A DNA stretch of 64,000 bases from a bacterium (GCA_037130015.1 JBAXTU010000001.1:5153-69152), one strand, 5' to 3'; positions 47,501 through 56,857 are shown, counted from the stretch's first letter. Numbers and translations are program-made. The notes: generated by a model not told the origin, from the letters alone.

Positions 47501-49112
47501 CTCAAGCAATATATTTTTAGGTTCCAGTGCTCAGGTGTTTAATAATCCTGGTGATCCTAATACTATTATTATTCCCACAAATTCAATTGCTATTGGTACT
47601 AATGCTACAATTGGTGTCACCACTACCGCGGGTATAACCAATGCCATTGCTATTGGTGCTAATACTGTGGCCATGGCCTCTAATACTATGGTATTAGGAA
47701 ATGGAGTTAGTGTTGGTATTGGGACAAATAATCCATCTGCTAAACTGGATGTAAGAGGTGGAACTCTTGTTTTTGGTAATATCTATTCAATTGCTAATTT
47801 TAATGACGGGTCACAGCTAGCAGGTAATGGTAAGGGTCTTGTGGTTGGCTATGATTCATCAAAACAATCAACTGTTTTTTGGGCGAATTCAGTCGGTCCA
47901 TCTTCAAATTTTGCTTTTTGGACTTATGATAGTGATAGTACTACGTGGGCTGAAAGAATGACTATTTCGGGTAGTGGTGCTGTCAGTATTCCAGGAGCCT
48001 TAGCGGTTGATAGTTTTAAGCTTGCTACAGGCGCTTCAGTTGGCAATGTCATGACTTCCGATGTTAGTGGCAATGCCTCATGGTTGCCACCTAGCGGTGG
48101 TATAGTTAATGATGTTTATTCATATAATAGTAAAAACATCATGGTAGTTTCTACTACACGAGATAGTTATTTTTTTGGCGGAGCTGGTAACACTACTATG
48201 ACTGGTAACGGTAATACAGGTAGTGGTATGTATTCTCTTAGTTATGATACTACTGGAGGCTTTAATACGGCTTATGGTTATGGTGCTCTTTATCAAAATA
48301 CCACTGGTGGAAATAATGTTGCTGTTGGTGCTACTGCTCTTAGTAATAATACTAGTGGTAGTGGTAATGTAGGTATTGGTTTTAAAGCACTTATGCTTTT
48401 TAATTCTACTAGTGGTGGTAATGTAGGTATTGGTAATAATGCTGGTATGGGTATGGTGAAAGGCGCAAGTAATATTTTTTTAGGTGAGAATGCTCAAGTA
48501 TATAACGAGGCCATTGGCAATACTAATATTAATCCCACAAATTCAATTGCTATTGGTTCTTTGGCACAGATTGGTAATGCACTTACTACAAATATAGACA
48601 ATGCAACCGCTATTGGCTATGGCGCATTGGCAGTCGCATCTAATACTATGGTATTAGGAAATGGAGCTATTAGTGTTGGTATTGGAACAAGCACACCACA
48701 AAATGCATTGCATGTTTATAGTGCTACTGGCCAATCTTACATTTCAGCTGATGCTCCAGCTAATAGAGTGGCTGGTTTTAATATCAGAGAAAACGGAGTT
48801 GTTAAATGGTATATATCTAAATCAAACACCACCACTCCAGCAATTCAGAATGGTGCTTTAAATTTTGCCACTTCTTCAGGGAATGTAATGACATTAGCAC
48901 AAAATGGCAATGTTGGTATTGGCACTTCCACTCCAGCCTCAACGCTTGATGTTAAAGGGACTGTTCGTATAGAAAATAGAAATGTCGTGCCTGCTGTAGG
49001 AATGGGATGGGTTGTTTGTTATGTAAGGGGCACTAATGAATTAGGTCATTGCACTGGCACTGTTTCTGGTGGGGGACAATGTGCTTGTGTTTCTAATACT
49101 CCAGCGAAGTAA
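44595..49112 (+). CDS. surface protein 4 (1505 aa): Cys-rich N-terminus, GIGTTTP repeats, CBM4_9-like module, duplicated YadA-head-like repeat modules
   Basis: Signal peptide (ALA/L). LLVNGDFEMNNMSGWSGNG CBM-like module. Two internal roughly 225-aa modules with NxxAxGxxAL-type repeats (MANGNGALLFNVSG..., NSIAIGTNATIG...). Different C-terminus from genes 1-3. Confidence 0.6.
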   Translation: MMNKKLLTFLGIALIVLGFLLSSHSALALVCTTNTTKSGFYCSSLQNKSWCGNGTLNCDYEPVCSGANQTFTSSDCNSCTCSCTSGYTMCAGDCKISTGDCLPGQQWSPCMGKCVCDSNHCSNNGTCNIVIGSSCTVAFKPGHYNSSCSCVFETPPALLNINDANIYDLILNQGLTVLATTTLAGTNTFATTTVSNLTVNNLCLNNGCNSDWPISGGSNVWVSSGNIIYPTSTVSSVNIGTTTSFVNSRFNVLGNISAISNNYIANSGVGLYLGTFIENNGYVYGGSIIKNINTTNGDGNGFTLPRLGFFTSGVVNGSPAQIAERMSILSGGFVGIGTTTPDSLLTVVGSSWPSATVRLSNGTNTASILKVENDNGAFAELDTAGSGSNIYGLAPGDSILWAKNNLQFGAGGARDARLSISSNGNVGIGTTTPIAKLVVQTTAPSDGIALSDGSKYRAFLANNNSNGAIFGLNENTTLVVRLESNNTSYINNGYNFGIGTTDPKTKLDVQGGIVSANGYNLSDSATDNLLVNGDFEMNNMSGWSGNGVVTSTAGSYSGKYAMQITGSQQILSDDYIPVDPTRDIFQLDAWVKKTVIGGGLYFGYIAYNADKVEITTPPCGTYCYSAAAAYVVPVDSSWHKFSSTMVGEGTVFPNFPVGTKYIRVLGLMNYGGTGGPITLLDHVTLKRLVKGPLIAGNNFSSTGLVDQNQYSTLYTTASNNLIIGSPGNVGIGTTTPESKLHVAGQISTAPSLSGLAGAGLGLQFSNSLKIGIGSDPVSPYGGWFQVSNGIGSSFPLLLNPLGGNVGIGTTTPANKLTVQGGVQIVDGSQANGKVLTSDANGLASWQPAGGIINDVYLYNGARIITVSTTKNNYFFGGAGNTAMTGVNNMANGNGALLFNVSGRDNLANGFGALTNNVSGSNNVANGSGALYNNIIGSGNSAFGYNSLYNSLGGTNIAIGNYSGAGLQNGSSNIFLGSSAQVFNNPGDPNTIIIPTNSIAIGTNATIGVTTTAGITNAIAIGANTVAMASNTMVLGNGVSVGIGTNNPSAKLDVRGGTLVFGNIYSIANFNDGSQLAGNGKGLVVGYDSSKQSTVFWANSVGPSSNFAFWTYDSDSTTWAERMTISGSGAVSIPGALAVDSFKLATGASVGNVMTSDVSGNASWLPPSGGIVNDVYSYNSKNIMVVSTTRDSYFFGGAGNTTMTGNGNTGSGMYSLSYDTTGGFNTAYGYGALYQNTTGGNNVAVGATALSNNTSGSGNVGIGFKALMLFNSTSGGNVGIGNNAGMGMVKGASNIFLGENAQVYNEAIGNTNINPTNSIAIGSLAQIGNALTTNIDNATAIGYGALAVASNTMVLGNGAISVGIGTSTPQNALHVYSATGQSYISADAPANRVAGFNIRENGVVKWYISKSNTTTPAIQNGALNFATSSGNVMTLAQNGNVGIGTSTPASTLDVKGTVRIENRNVVPAVGMGWVVCYVRGTNELGHCTGTVSGGGQCACVSNTPAK

Positions 49113-49126
49113 ATAATTATCTTTAA

Positions 49127-50950
49127 ATGTGGCAAAAAAAACCAAAGCACAAAATAAAATATTTTTTACTGATAATTTTTTCAGCACTTTTTATAATTTC
49201 CGGTTTGTTGTTTTGGCATTTTCAGACGTCCCAAGCTGATCAAAGTGTTCCTTTTTATGGTTGGGTTTGGTCGGAAAATTATGGTTGGATTTCTCTGAAT
49301 TCCGACAATTGTGCTCAGATGTGTTTGGCTGATCCTGTTAATTGTGGTTGCACTAATGTTGGGCAATCCTATGGCATCAAAAAAAATCCAGATAAGACTA
49401 TTAATGGCTATGGTTGGTCAGAGTATATTGGTTGGGTTTGTTTTGGTGATACTTGTTCTGCAAATCCGCCATTTGATAGCACTTCCACTATGAGTATTGA
49501 TACTAATGGCAATATTTCAGGCTGGGCGCAAGTTTTGTCTATGGGTGAAGATGGTTGGATGAAGTTTGGCGGTTATAAAGGTTCTGTGCCGAATGGTCAG
49601 AACTATTCAGGAGAGGCTTGTTATGACTGTACAAAAAAATGTGGTGAGTGGACCACTACTTATTATGCAGATGGCACTACTAGTACCAGCTCGCCTTGTG
49701 TAGTTTATGTGCCTAATGAGTTTAGTAAATGTAATACTTGTTTTACAGCCACGAAATTTAATAATACTCCCTATGCTTCGGCTAATTTACCAGGTCAAAA
49801 GGACAGTGCAGTGGTTGGCGGAAGTGGCTATATGTGTAGTAGTTGTAATAATTGCCAAGTTGAAGGAAATACTGCCAGTGATCACTACCGAGTTAAATGC
49901 AGTGATTGCCAATCTGGTAATTGCTATATGTATGGCGTAGGCAGTGACACATCAAATAGTAACCAATTGGTTGGCTGGGGTTGGAGTGGCGGTAGTAATG
50001 GAGTTGGTTGGGTGCATTTTAATGGTGAAGTTGGTATAGTCAATCCTTGGCTAGAAACCAAATATGGTTCTATTTACAGTTCCAGTACAGTGGGACAAAA
50101 AGCCTCAAATCTTTCTTATAACGCCACTTATTGTATTTTTGCCAATAATTTACAGAATATTAATGTTATCAATGTGGCCAATTGTACAGAAGGCAATGTA
50201 GCTGATAGTAATCTGGGGTTTCCATCTTCGCCTGTCAGTACTGGTCAATATCAGAATGTTTTGGGTAAAATTGATGTTAAAGGCTTAATGACAACAGTAA
50301 AAGGAAGTTATAATAAATATGGTCAAGAGGTGGTGATGCTTGAAGATCCGAATGCTTTGCCGGACGTTTTGGATAATAAAATTTATGTAGTGAGTAGTAC
50401 TGGCCATGATCTTTCTTTATCAAATCCTAAAACTTTTAAAAATGGAACAGAGACTGAAAGAGGAAATGGACTGGTTATTGTTAAAGGGAATTTATTTATT
50501 GGTAATGATATTAGTTATGAATCAAACAGTCCCAGTGATTTAAAGCAATTAGCGTCTGTTGGCTGGTTGGTTTTGGGTGATGTGGTGGTGAGTCCGACAG
50601 TGAAAAATATTGTAGGCGCTTTTGTACTTTTGGGTGGTAAAAAAACAGATGGCAATCAAATTGATTGTAATAAAGACATTAAATTTGCAGATAATTTTCC
50701 GAAATATAAACAAAATGGTTGTGGCGCTTTCTTTTCATTTAATCCAGAGTATAAAGATACTACCAACTTTCCACTTAATGTTTACGGTTTGATTGTGTCC
50801 CATGCTTTTGATTTGCGTCGTACCTATACCAGTTTGTCACAAGGTTCGGAAAGTATTATTTACGATGGCCGTCTTTCGGTCAATCCGCCACCAGGCATGA
50901 CAGGTTTTGTTGAGGCCTTGCCGGTTATTAGAGATTTTGAATATAAATAA
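49127..50950 (+). CDS. secreted Cys-rich protein with GW-containing repeats
   Basis: Signal anchor. Repeated motifs YGWVWSENYGWISL, YGWSEYIGWVCF, GWGWSGGSNGVGWVHF. More than 25 Cys. Unrelated to genes 1-4 outside general composition. Confidence 0.5.
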   Translation: MWQKKPKHKIKYFLLIIFSALFIISGLLFWHFQTSQADQSVPFYGWVWSENYGWISLNSDNCAQMCLADPVNCGCTNVGQSYGIKKNPDKTINGYGWSEYIGWVCFGDTCSANPPFDSTSTMSIDTNGNISGWAQVLSMGEDGWMKFGGYKGSVPNGQNYSGEACYDCTKKCGEWTTTYYADGTTSTSSPCVVYVPNEFSKCNTCFTATKFNNTPYASANLPGQKDSAVVGGSGYMCSSCNNCQVEGNTASDHYRVKCSDCQSGNCYMYGVGSDTSNSNQLVGWGWSGGSNGVGWVHFNGEVGIVNPWLETKYGSIYSSSTVGQKASNLSYNATYCIFANNLQNINVINVANCTEGNVADSNLGFPSSPVSTGQYQNVLGKIDVKGLMTTVKGSYNKYGQEVVMLEDPNALPDVLDNKIYVVSSTGHDLSLSNPKTFKNGTETERGNGLVIVKGNLFIGNDISYESNSPSDLKQLASVGWLVLGDVVVSPTVKNIVGAFVLLGGKKTDGNQIDCNKDIKFADNFPKYKQNGCGAFFSFNPEYKDTTNFPLNVYGLIVSHAFDLRRTYTSLSQGSESIIYDGRLSVNPPPGMTGFVEALPVIRDFEYK

Positions 50951-51011
50951 TTTTGGTTATTTATAAAAAATGTGTTAAAATATAATTAAGAAGTTATTAA
51001 CAGTTAAAAAA

Positions 51012-52142
51012 ATGGGATTATTTTCTTCAAACAAAACTAGTTATCTCGGAGTTGATTTGGGTTCGTCTTCAATCAAGGTGGTTGAATTGGCCAATAGCAA
51101 TGGGCGACCGCGACTGGTCACTTATGGTTTTACCGAAAAAAAATTGACTGACAATAATTTTATCAGCAGTAGTGATTTTTTGAATGCCGAAGACGAAATT
51201 GCCAAAACACTCATGGAAGTGTGCAATAAATCGCGTACTTTTTCCAAAAAAGCCGTAGCTGCTTTGCCTAGCTTTGCTGTATTTACTTCTATTTTGAATT
51301 TGCCTGAAATGTCCAAAAAAGAATTGGCTTCAGCTATTACTTGGGAAGCAAAAAAAATAATTCCTATGCCTTTGGAAGAAGTTATTTTGGATTGGAAAAT
51401 TATTTCTCAAGAAGAATATAAAAATGAAGACACTAAAGATCCGGCCGGAGAAGGGGATAACCAACAATTAAATCCTGTTAGTAAAATATTTTCTCATCCT
51501 ACTAAGGGTTTGAAAATTCTGCTCACTGGCGCCAGTAAAAGCTTGGTGCGCAAATATGTGAATATTTTTAATACGGCTGGCGTCTCTTTGCTGAGCTTAG
51601 AAACTGAAAATTTTGCCTTGGTGCGTTCGCTTATTGGCAATGATCAGGCAGTTATTATGATTGTTGATCTTGGAGCCAATTCTTCAAGTATTATGGTGGC
51701 TGAAAAAGGCATACCGGTTATGGCTAGAAGCGTGGAAATGGGAGGAACTCTTATTACTAAGGCTATTTCTAGCAGTCTTAATGTCAATTTGGACAGAGCC
51801 GAACAATTCAAACAGGACATGATGTTAGAAACAAATTCGGCCAGTAATTCTTTGCCACAAACAGTGGAAAAAGCTTTTGCTACAATTCTTAATGAAATTA
51901 AATATACGGTTGGTTTGTATCAAGAACAGCACAATCAAAAAATAGAAAAAATAATTTTGACCGGTGGTAGTGCAAATTTGGGAAATTTGACCGGTTATTT
52001 ATCAAAAGTTTTAAACATCAACGCTTATGTTGGCGATCCTTGGGCTAGAGTTATTTATCCTGTTGAATTAAAGCCGATTTTGGATCGTTTGGGTTCGCGT
52101 TTTTCTGTGGCCATAGGTTTGGCCATGCGCAACATTGAATAA
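51012..52142 (+). CDS. pilM: type IV pilus assembly protein PilM (actin-like ATPase fold)
   Basis: N-terminus YLGVDLGSSSIKVVEL. About 375 aa. Immediately upstream of a PilN-like gene. Confidence 0.75.
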   Translation: MGLFSSNKTSYLGVDLGSSSIKVVELANSNGRPRLVTYGFTEKKLTDNNFISSSDFLNAEDEIAKTLMEVCNKSRTFSKKAVAALPSFAVFTSILNLPEMSKKELASAITWEAKKIIPMPLEEVILDWKIISQEEYKNEDTKDPAGEGDNQQLNPVSKIFSHPTKGLKILLTGASKSLVRKYVNIFNTAGVSLLSLETENFALVRSLIGNDQAVIMIVDLGANSSSIMVAEKGIPVMARSVEMGGTLITKAISSSLNVNLDRAEQFKQDMMLETNSASNSLPQTVEKAFATILNEIKYTVGLYQEQHNQKIEKIILTGGSANLGNLTGYLSKVLNINAYVGDPWARVIYPVELKPILDRLGSRFSVAIGLAMRNIE

Positions 52143-52147
52143 TTTTT

Positions 52148-54118
52148 ATGGCCAGAATAAATCTTCTACCAGAAAATTTACGTGAGCAAGAGCAAAAAGA
52201 AATGGAGAAGACTGCCAGTCGTTCCAAAACTTTTAATGTGGAAATGACCAATCCTGAAATTCAAAAATCAAGATTAAATAAGAGCGACAAACCCAAGGAA
52301 TCATTTTTTAAAAAAATATCCAATGTTTTGGGTCCGGCTAAAACAGTTAAGCCAACAGACGACAGTCTAAGTTATCCGACTTTGCCACCATCTAGATTAT
52401 CATCAGCTGATATTGATTTATTAGCTTTGGCAAAAAAAGATCGTTTTTTACGTCAGCCAGTGCAGGTTTCTGGTCATAATTTTAATCGTGGAATAAAAAT
52501 AAAGTCAGCCGAAGACAAAACTTCATGGAAAGAAGATTTGGGAGTTCCAGAAGTATCAATGAGACAGATGTCCTCGGCTAATAATGCGTCTAATACCAGG
52601 CAAGAGCTTGTTGGTAAAAATTTTAATCCAAAAGTTGTTTTGAGAATGGACAAAGCCAGAAGATGGAATTTTCTTGATTGGCTTTTTGGAGGAAATATAG
52701 ATCAGCCGGCCAAGCCAACTATTCAATCTTTTGGAGAGATGAATGAAAAAAATTCTTCAAAAAATCATTTGATAAAAGCTAAGCCATCTGTTGTCAGAGA
52801 GTTTACAAAAGAACATTATTGGTGGAAAAATTTGTTTTCAGTTTTCGCAAAAACAGAAAAAAAACCGCATTTGCCTATTAAAATGCCAATCATGCCAAAA
52901 TTTCAGCCCCATCAGGCGCCAGTTAAGACAACTGTTGTGCCGTTAACCACAAATGCTGTTTCCAAGGCACCAGTTTTTCCTAAAATAACCAAATCAACAC
53001 AGCCAAAAGGCCAGAGTTGGTGGAGTGTTTTTATGTCTATGTTTGCGTCTAAGCCGAAAAAACCAAAATTACCAATCCATAATATGCAGTCATTGCCAAA
53101 ATTTCAGCCAAAAATGACGCCTATTAAGCCTGTGGTTGTGCCACACCCTGTTCATGTTGCGTCACTAAAACCAATTTTGCCAAAAAACATTAAGCCAAAA
53201 GGACCGAGTTGGTGGAGTAAATTAATGGCAAAATTTAAGGCCAAACCAAAAAAACCACAAATAATTCAAGAAAAAATAAAACCAATTTCTCATGATCTGC
53301 ATCATTATAATTCGGAAATAAAAGATTTAAAACCTCAATATAAATTTGAGACGCCAGCTAGTCATCATGAGCCAATCAAACACGAACAGGCAATTTTAGA
53401 TAAGCCGATTAATCATGACTTGCATCATTATAAACCAGAAGTAAAAGATTTAAATGTTCCGCCACCTTCGCCACTACATCAAGATAAGAAAAAAGTAGAA
53501 GCGCCTCATGTAGAAGCGCCTCACAAAAAAGAATTACCAGAAAAATTAAAAAAGTCACTGGTGGATATTAATTTTATTCCCGAGGATTTGTTGGCGATTA
53601 GTTATTACACTCCGATTTGGAAAACTTTAATTATTCTTTTGGCGGTTATTGTTCCGGCCTCAGCCGTGGTCGGCGCTTATTTTTGGATTGATAAAGAAAG
53701 TCAAAAAGTAAAAAGTGATTTGTTAGTTTCTGAAAAAGTATTAAATGATTTGAATTTTAGTTTATCTGATTATCAAAAGAAAACTAATCAATTAAAAAAC
53801 AGATTAACTACTCTTCAAGGTTTATTAAATTCGCACATCCGTTGGACTAAGTTTTTTACCGCTCTGGAAAAATATACTCTTGACGGTGTTTATTATGGCA
53901 ATTTTTCAGCTGACACTTCTGGACAAGTTGTTTTGCCAGCCACAGCCAAAGATTATGGCACTTTAGCCAGTCAAATTGTCGCTTTAAAAAATGCTACTGA
54001 TTTTGTCAGTGAAGTTAAAGTTGATAATATAAGTATGAAGTCAGACAATAGAGCTGGTATTATCGGAGTTAGTTTTCAGTTAAAAATGGTTTTAGCTGAT
54101 AAATTTTTTACCAAATAA
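52148..54118 (+). CDS. pilN: PilN-like protein with about 470-aa repetitive Pro/Lys-rich cytoplasmic linker
   Basis: N-terminal PilM-binding motif RINLLPENL. Internal imperfect repeats (KPHLPIKMPIMPKFQP / KPKLPIHNMQSLPKFQP; HDLHHYNSEIKDLKP / HDLHHYKPEVKDLNV). Second INFIPEDLL motif just before the single TM. Periplasmic PilN-like C-terminal domain. Confidence 0.55.
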   Translation: MARINLLPENLREQEQKEMEKTASRSKTFNVEMTNPEIQKSRLNKSDKPKESFFKKISNVLGPAKTVKPTDDSLSYPTLPPSRLSSADIDLLALAKKDRFLRQPVQVSGHNFNRGIKIKSAEDKTSWKEDLGVPEVSMRQMSSANNASNTRQELVGKNFNPKVVLRMDKARRWNFLDWLFGGNIDQPAKPTIQSFGEMNEKNSSKNHLIKAKPSVVREFTKEHYWWKNLFSVFAKTEKKPHLPIKMPIMPKFQPHQAPVKTTVVPLTTNAVSKAPVFPKITKSTQPKGQSWWSVFMSMFASKPKKPKLPIHNMQSLPKFQPKMTPIKPVVVPHPVHVASLKPILPKNIKPKGPSWWSKLMAKFKAKPKKPQIIQEKIKPISHDLHHYNSEIKDLKPQYKFETPASHHEPIKHEQAILDKPINHDLHHYKPEVKDLNVPPPSPLHQDKKKVEAPHVEAPHKKELPEKLKKSLVDINFIPEDLLAISYYTPIWKTLIILLAVIVPASAVVGAYFWIDKESQKVKSDLLVSEKVLNDLNFSLSDYQKKTNQLKNRLTTLQGLLNSHIRWTKFFTALEKYTLDGVYYGNFSADTSGQVVLPATAKDYGTLASQIVALKNATDFVSEVKVDNISMKSDNRAGIIGVSFQLKMVLADKFFTK

Positions 54119-54121
54119 TTT

Positions 54122-54757
54122 TTGTTTATGTTAACTAATACAGACGAACAGAACCCAAAAGACAAGGCCAAGAGTGGACGCAAAAAAAAGCGCCTAGGTA
54201 TGATTATTAATAAATATTTTATTTTTATTGCTTTTGGTTTATTTCTTGTAGTTTTAATAGTCGGATATTTTTTGATGCTTAAAGACAATTATGCCAGCTT
54301 GAATCAGGCTCAAGATAAATTATCCCAAGCTAAAAGCGCGGTTATGTTTTTGTCAAAAGAACATCAAGCCATGATAGATAGCCAAGCGCAATCTCCACTG
54401 CTTTCGCCAACAGAAGATCGTTTATTCTCTTTAGCTTTACCAAAAAGTTTTGATTTGCCATCGGCTATTATCCAATTGACCGAGCTTTGTAAGGCCACTG
54501 GTTTTATGGTGACAAAAGTAGATGTGATTGAAAATAATTTAGTTGCAACTAGTGCTTCAGGGCAAAAAGTCGGCAAAGCCAATTTGTCACTCAGCGTGGT
54601 TGGTGGTGACTATGATGCTTGGAAAAGATTGCTTTTGGCCTTGGAACAAAGCGTGATGATTGTTGATGTTAGTAGTATTGATTTTAATTCGCAAAGCGCT
54701 AATTATAAATTAAATTTGACCGCTTACTATTATCCGGATACTGATACTAAACAATAA
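54122..54757 (+). CDS. pilO: PilO-like bitopic protein
   Basis: One N-terminal TM, a predicted coiled coil, then an alpha/beta domain. Position is right after pilN. Confidence 0.4.
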   Translation: MFMLTNTDEQNPKDKAKSGRKKKRLGMIINKYFIFIAFGLFLVVLIVGYFLMLKDNYASLNQAQDKLSQAKSAVMFLSKEHQAMIDSQAQSPLLSPTEDRLFSLALPKSFDLPSAIIQLTELCKATGFMVTKVDVIENNLVATSASGQKVGKANLSLSVVGGDYDAWKRLLLALEQSVMIVDVSSIDFNSQSANYKLNLTAYYYPDTDTKQ

Positions 54758-54761
54758 TTTT

Positions 54762-55058
54762 ATGAAAAAAATCAGAAGCATAATTATTTTTTTAGGATTG
54801 ATAGCCATTGTTATTTTGGCTAGTATTTTGGTGTGGTTAAATTGGTCTGAGGTTGTTAATTTTTTAGCCAGTCCGCAAAATCAGGTTGTACCAATTAAAC
54901 AAAAAACAAATCAAGATGCTGTTTTACGAGAAATGAAAAATACGACTATGCCAAAAATAGAAGGATTTAGGCAATATGGTGAGTGGCCACTTTCACAAGT
55001 GCCACTAAGTGAAGGTAGGGGTAATCCTTTTTTGGAAAAAACAGCGACCACAAGATAA
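54762..55058 (+). CDS. small single-TM protein (possible PilP-like)
   Basis: 98 aa with an N-terminal TM. Position in the pilMNO operon. Confidence 0.3.
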   Translation: MKKIRSIIIFLGLIAIVILASILVWLNWSEVVNFLASPQNQVVPIKQKTNQDAVLREMKNTTMPKIEGFRQYGEWPLSQVPLSEGRGNPFLEKTATTR

Positions 55059-55078
55059 TAAAATAATTTTGGAGGCAA

Positions 55079-56857
55079 TTGTATAAATTGCCTCTGTGTG
55101 AATATATAATGGTGTTTAATAGCTCTGAAAAAAAAATTAAGGACTTCCTGTTGCAAAAAAAATTGGTTAGCGTTTCAAAAATGGCCGAAATTGAAGATAA
55201 GGTCAGAAGGAATGATAAAACATTGGAAGATACCTTGGTTCAAGAAAAAGTGTTTACCTCTAAGGATTTTAATAATCTGAAAGGGGAAGTTTTTGGTTTA
55301 CCAGTCGTTGATTTATCGGAATTAACCATTGAATCTGCTGTGCTTAATATACTCACCCAAAAAGTGGCTCAAAATTATCAAATGGTGATTTTTGCCAAAC
55401 GCAAAATGGAAGTGAGTGTGGGCATGGTACGGCCGGATGATTTTCAGGCGCATGAAGCGGTGGAATTTTTGTGCAATAGCCAAGGATTTAGGCCAAAATA
55501 TTTTGTTATTTCAGCTCAGGATTGCCGTACGATTTTGAATCAATATAGTGGTTTCAAAAAAGAAATCGGTTCGGCTGTGGCCGCGGCTGAAGAAAAATTC
55601 GCCAAAAAAGAAAAATTAGTTTCTCAACGCGGAGATTCTAATGAAAATATGGGCGAAGTTATTAAAAGCGCGCCCGTGGCTAAAATTGTTTCGGTGATTT
55701 TCAAGCATGCTCTTGAGGGTGGTGCCAGTGATATTCATATTGAACCAGGCTTTAATGAAGGTAGAGTGCGTTATCGTGTTGATGGTATGCTTCGTACTTC
55801 TCTGACTTTACCAAACTATTTATACCCGGCGGTTATTTCTCGTATCAAGGTATTGGCGAATTTAAAACTTGATGAAATGCGTTTGCCTCAAGACGGACGT
55901 ATTCGCACCAAAGTAGATGATCAGGATGTTGATTTGCGTGTTTCAGTTTTACCAACTATTGATCAGGAAAAGGTGGTGATTCGTGTTTTTGACAGCTCAA
56001 CTGGCGTGCCGACTTTGGCTGAACTAGGCTTTAATGAAAATCATATCAGTATTATTGAACGCAATATCAAAAAGCCGTATGGTTTATTTTTACTCACTGG
56101 CCCGACAGGCAGTGGCAAAACAACTACTTTATATTCTGTTTTGAATATGATCAATGCCGAGACCACTAATATTGTCACACTGGAAGATCCGGTTGAATAT
56201 TATATTGATGGCATTAGCCAGTCGCAGATTAATGCTGATATTGGTTTTACTTTTGTCAGCGGACTGCGCGCTGTTTTGCGTCAAGATCCCAATATTATCA
56301 TGGTTGGAGAAATCAGGGATAATGACACAGTGGAACTAGTCATTCATGCTGGACTGACCGGGCATTTGGTTTTTTCCACTCTGCACACTAATAACGCTTG
56401 GGGTGCTATTCCGCGATTAGTAGATATGAAAGCCGAGCCGTTTTTATTGTCTTCTACTCTCAATTTAGTGATGGCTCAACGCTTGGTTCGCAAGATTTGT
56501 CCTGATTGTAAAGAAGAAATAAAATTAACACCAAATATTTTGGCAAAAATTCAGGATAAAATTGATACTATTCCACCGGTTTATTTGGAAGGAATAAAAA
56601 AGACCACTTTTTATAAGGGCAAGGGCTGTCAAAGTTGCAGTAATAGCGGTTATTCAGGGCGTATGGTAGTGGGAGAAATTCTAGAAATGGACAGTGCTAT
56701 GAAAGATTTGATTTCCACCAACTATAATAGCAGTGCCAATTTGGAAGAAGCTCTGAAACATCAAAATTTTATTTCTTTGACACAAGACGCAGTACTCAAA
56801 GCCCTGCAAGGATTTACCACAGTGGAAGAGGTGATTAGGGTTTCGCAAGAACAATAG
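55079..56857 (+). CDS. pilB: type IV pilus assembly ATPase PilB/GspE family
   Basis: Intact Walker A LLTGPTGSGKTTT, Asp box TLEDPVEY, Walker B IIMVGEIRD, His box TGHLVFSTLHTN, tetracysteine CPDC...CQSC. Confidence 0.9.
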   Translation: MYKLPLCEYIMVFNSSEKKIKDFLLQKKLVSVSKMAEIEDKVRRNDKTLEDTLVQEKVFTSKDFNNLKGEVFGLPVVDLSELTIESAVLNILTQKVAQNYQMVIFAKRKMEVSVGMVRPDDFQAHEAVEFLCNSQGFRPKYFVISAQDCRTILNQYSGFKKEIGSAVAAAEEKFAKKEKLVSQRGDSNENMGEVIKSAPVAKIVSVIFKHALEGGASDIHIEPGFNEGRVRYRVDGMLRTSLTLPNYLYPAVISRIKVLANLKLDEMRLPQDGRIRTKVDDQDVDLRVSVLPTIDQEKVVIRVFDSSTGVPTLAELGFNENHISIIERNIKKPYGLFLLTGPTGSGKTTTLYSVLNMINAETTNIVTLEDPVEYYIDGISQSQINADIGFTFVSGLRAVLRQDPNIIMVGEIRDNDTVELVIHAGLTGHLVFSTLHTNNAWGAIPRLVDMKAEPFLLSSTLNLVMAQRLVRKICPDCKEEIKLTPNILAKIQDKIDTIPPVYLEGIKKTTFYKGKGCQSCSNSGYSGRMVVGEILEMDSAMKDLISTNYNSSANLEEALKHQNFISLTQDAVLKALQGFTTVEEVIRVSQEQ

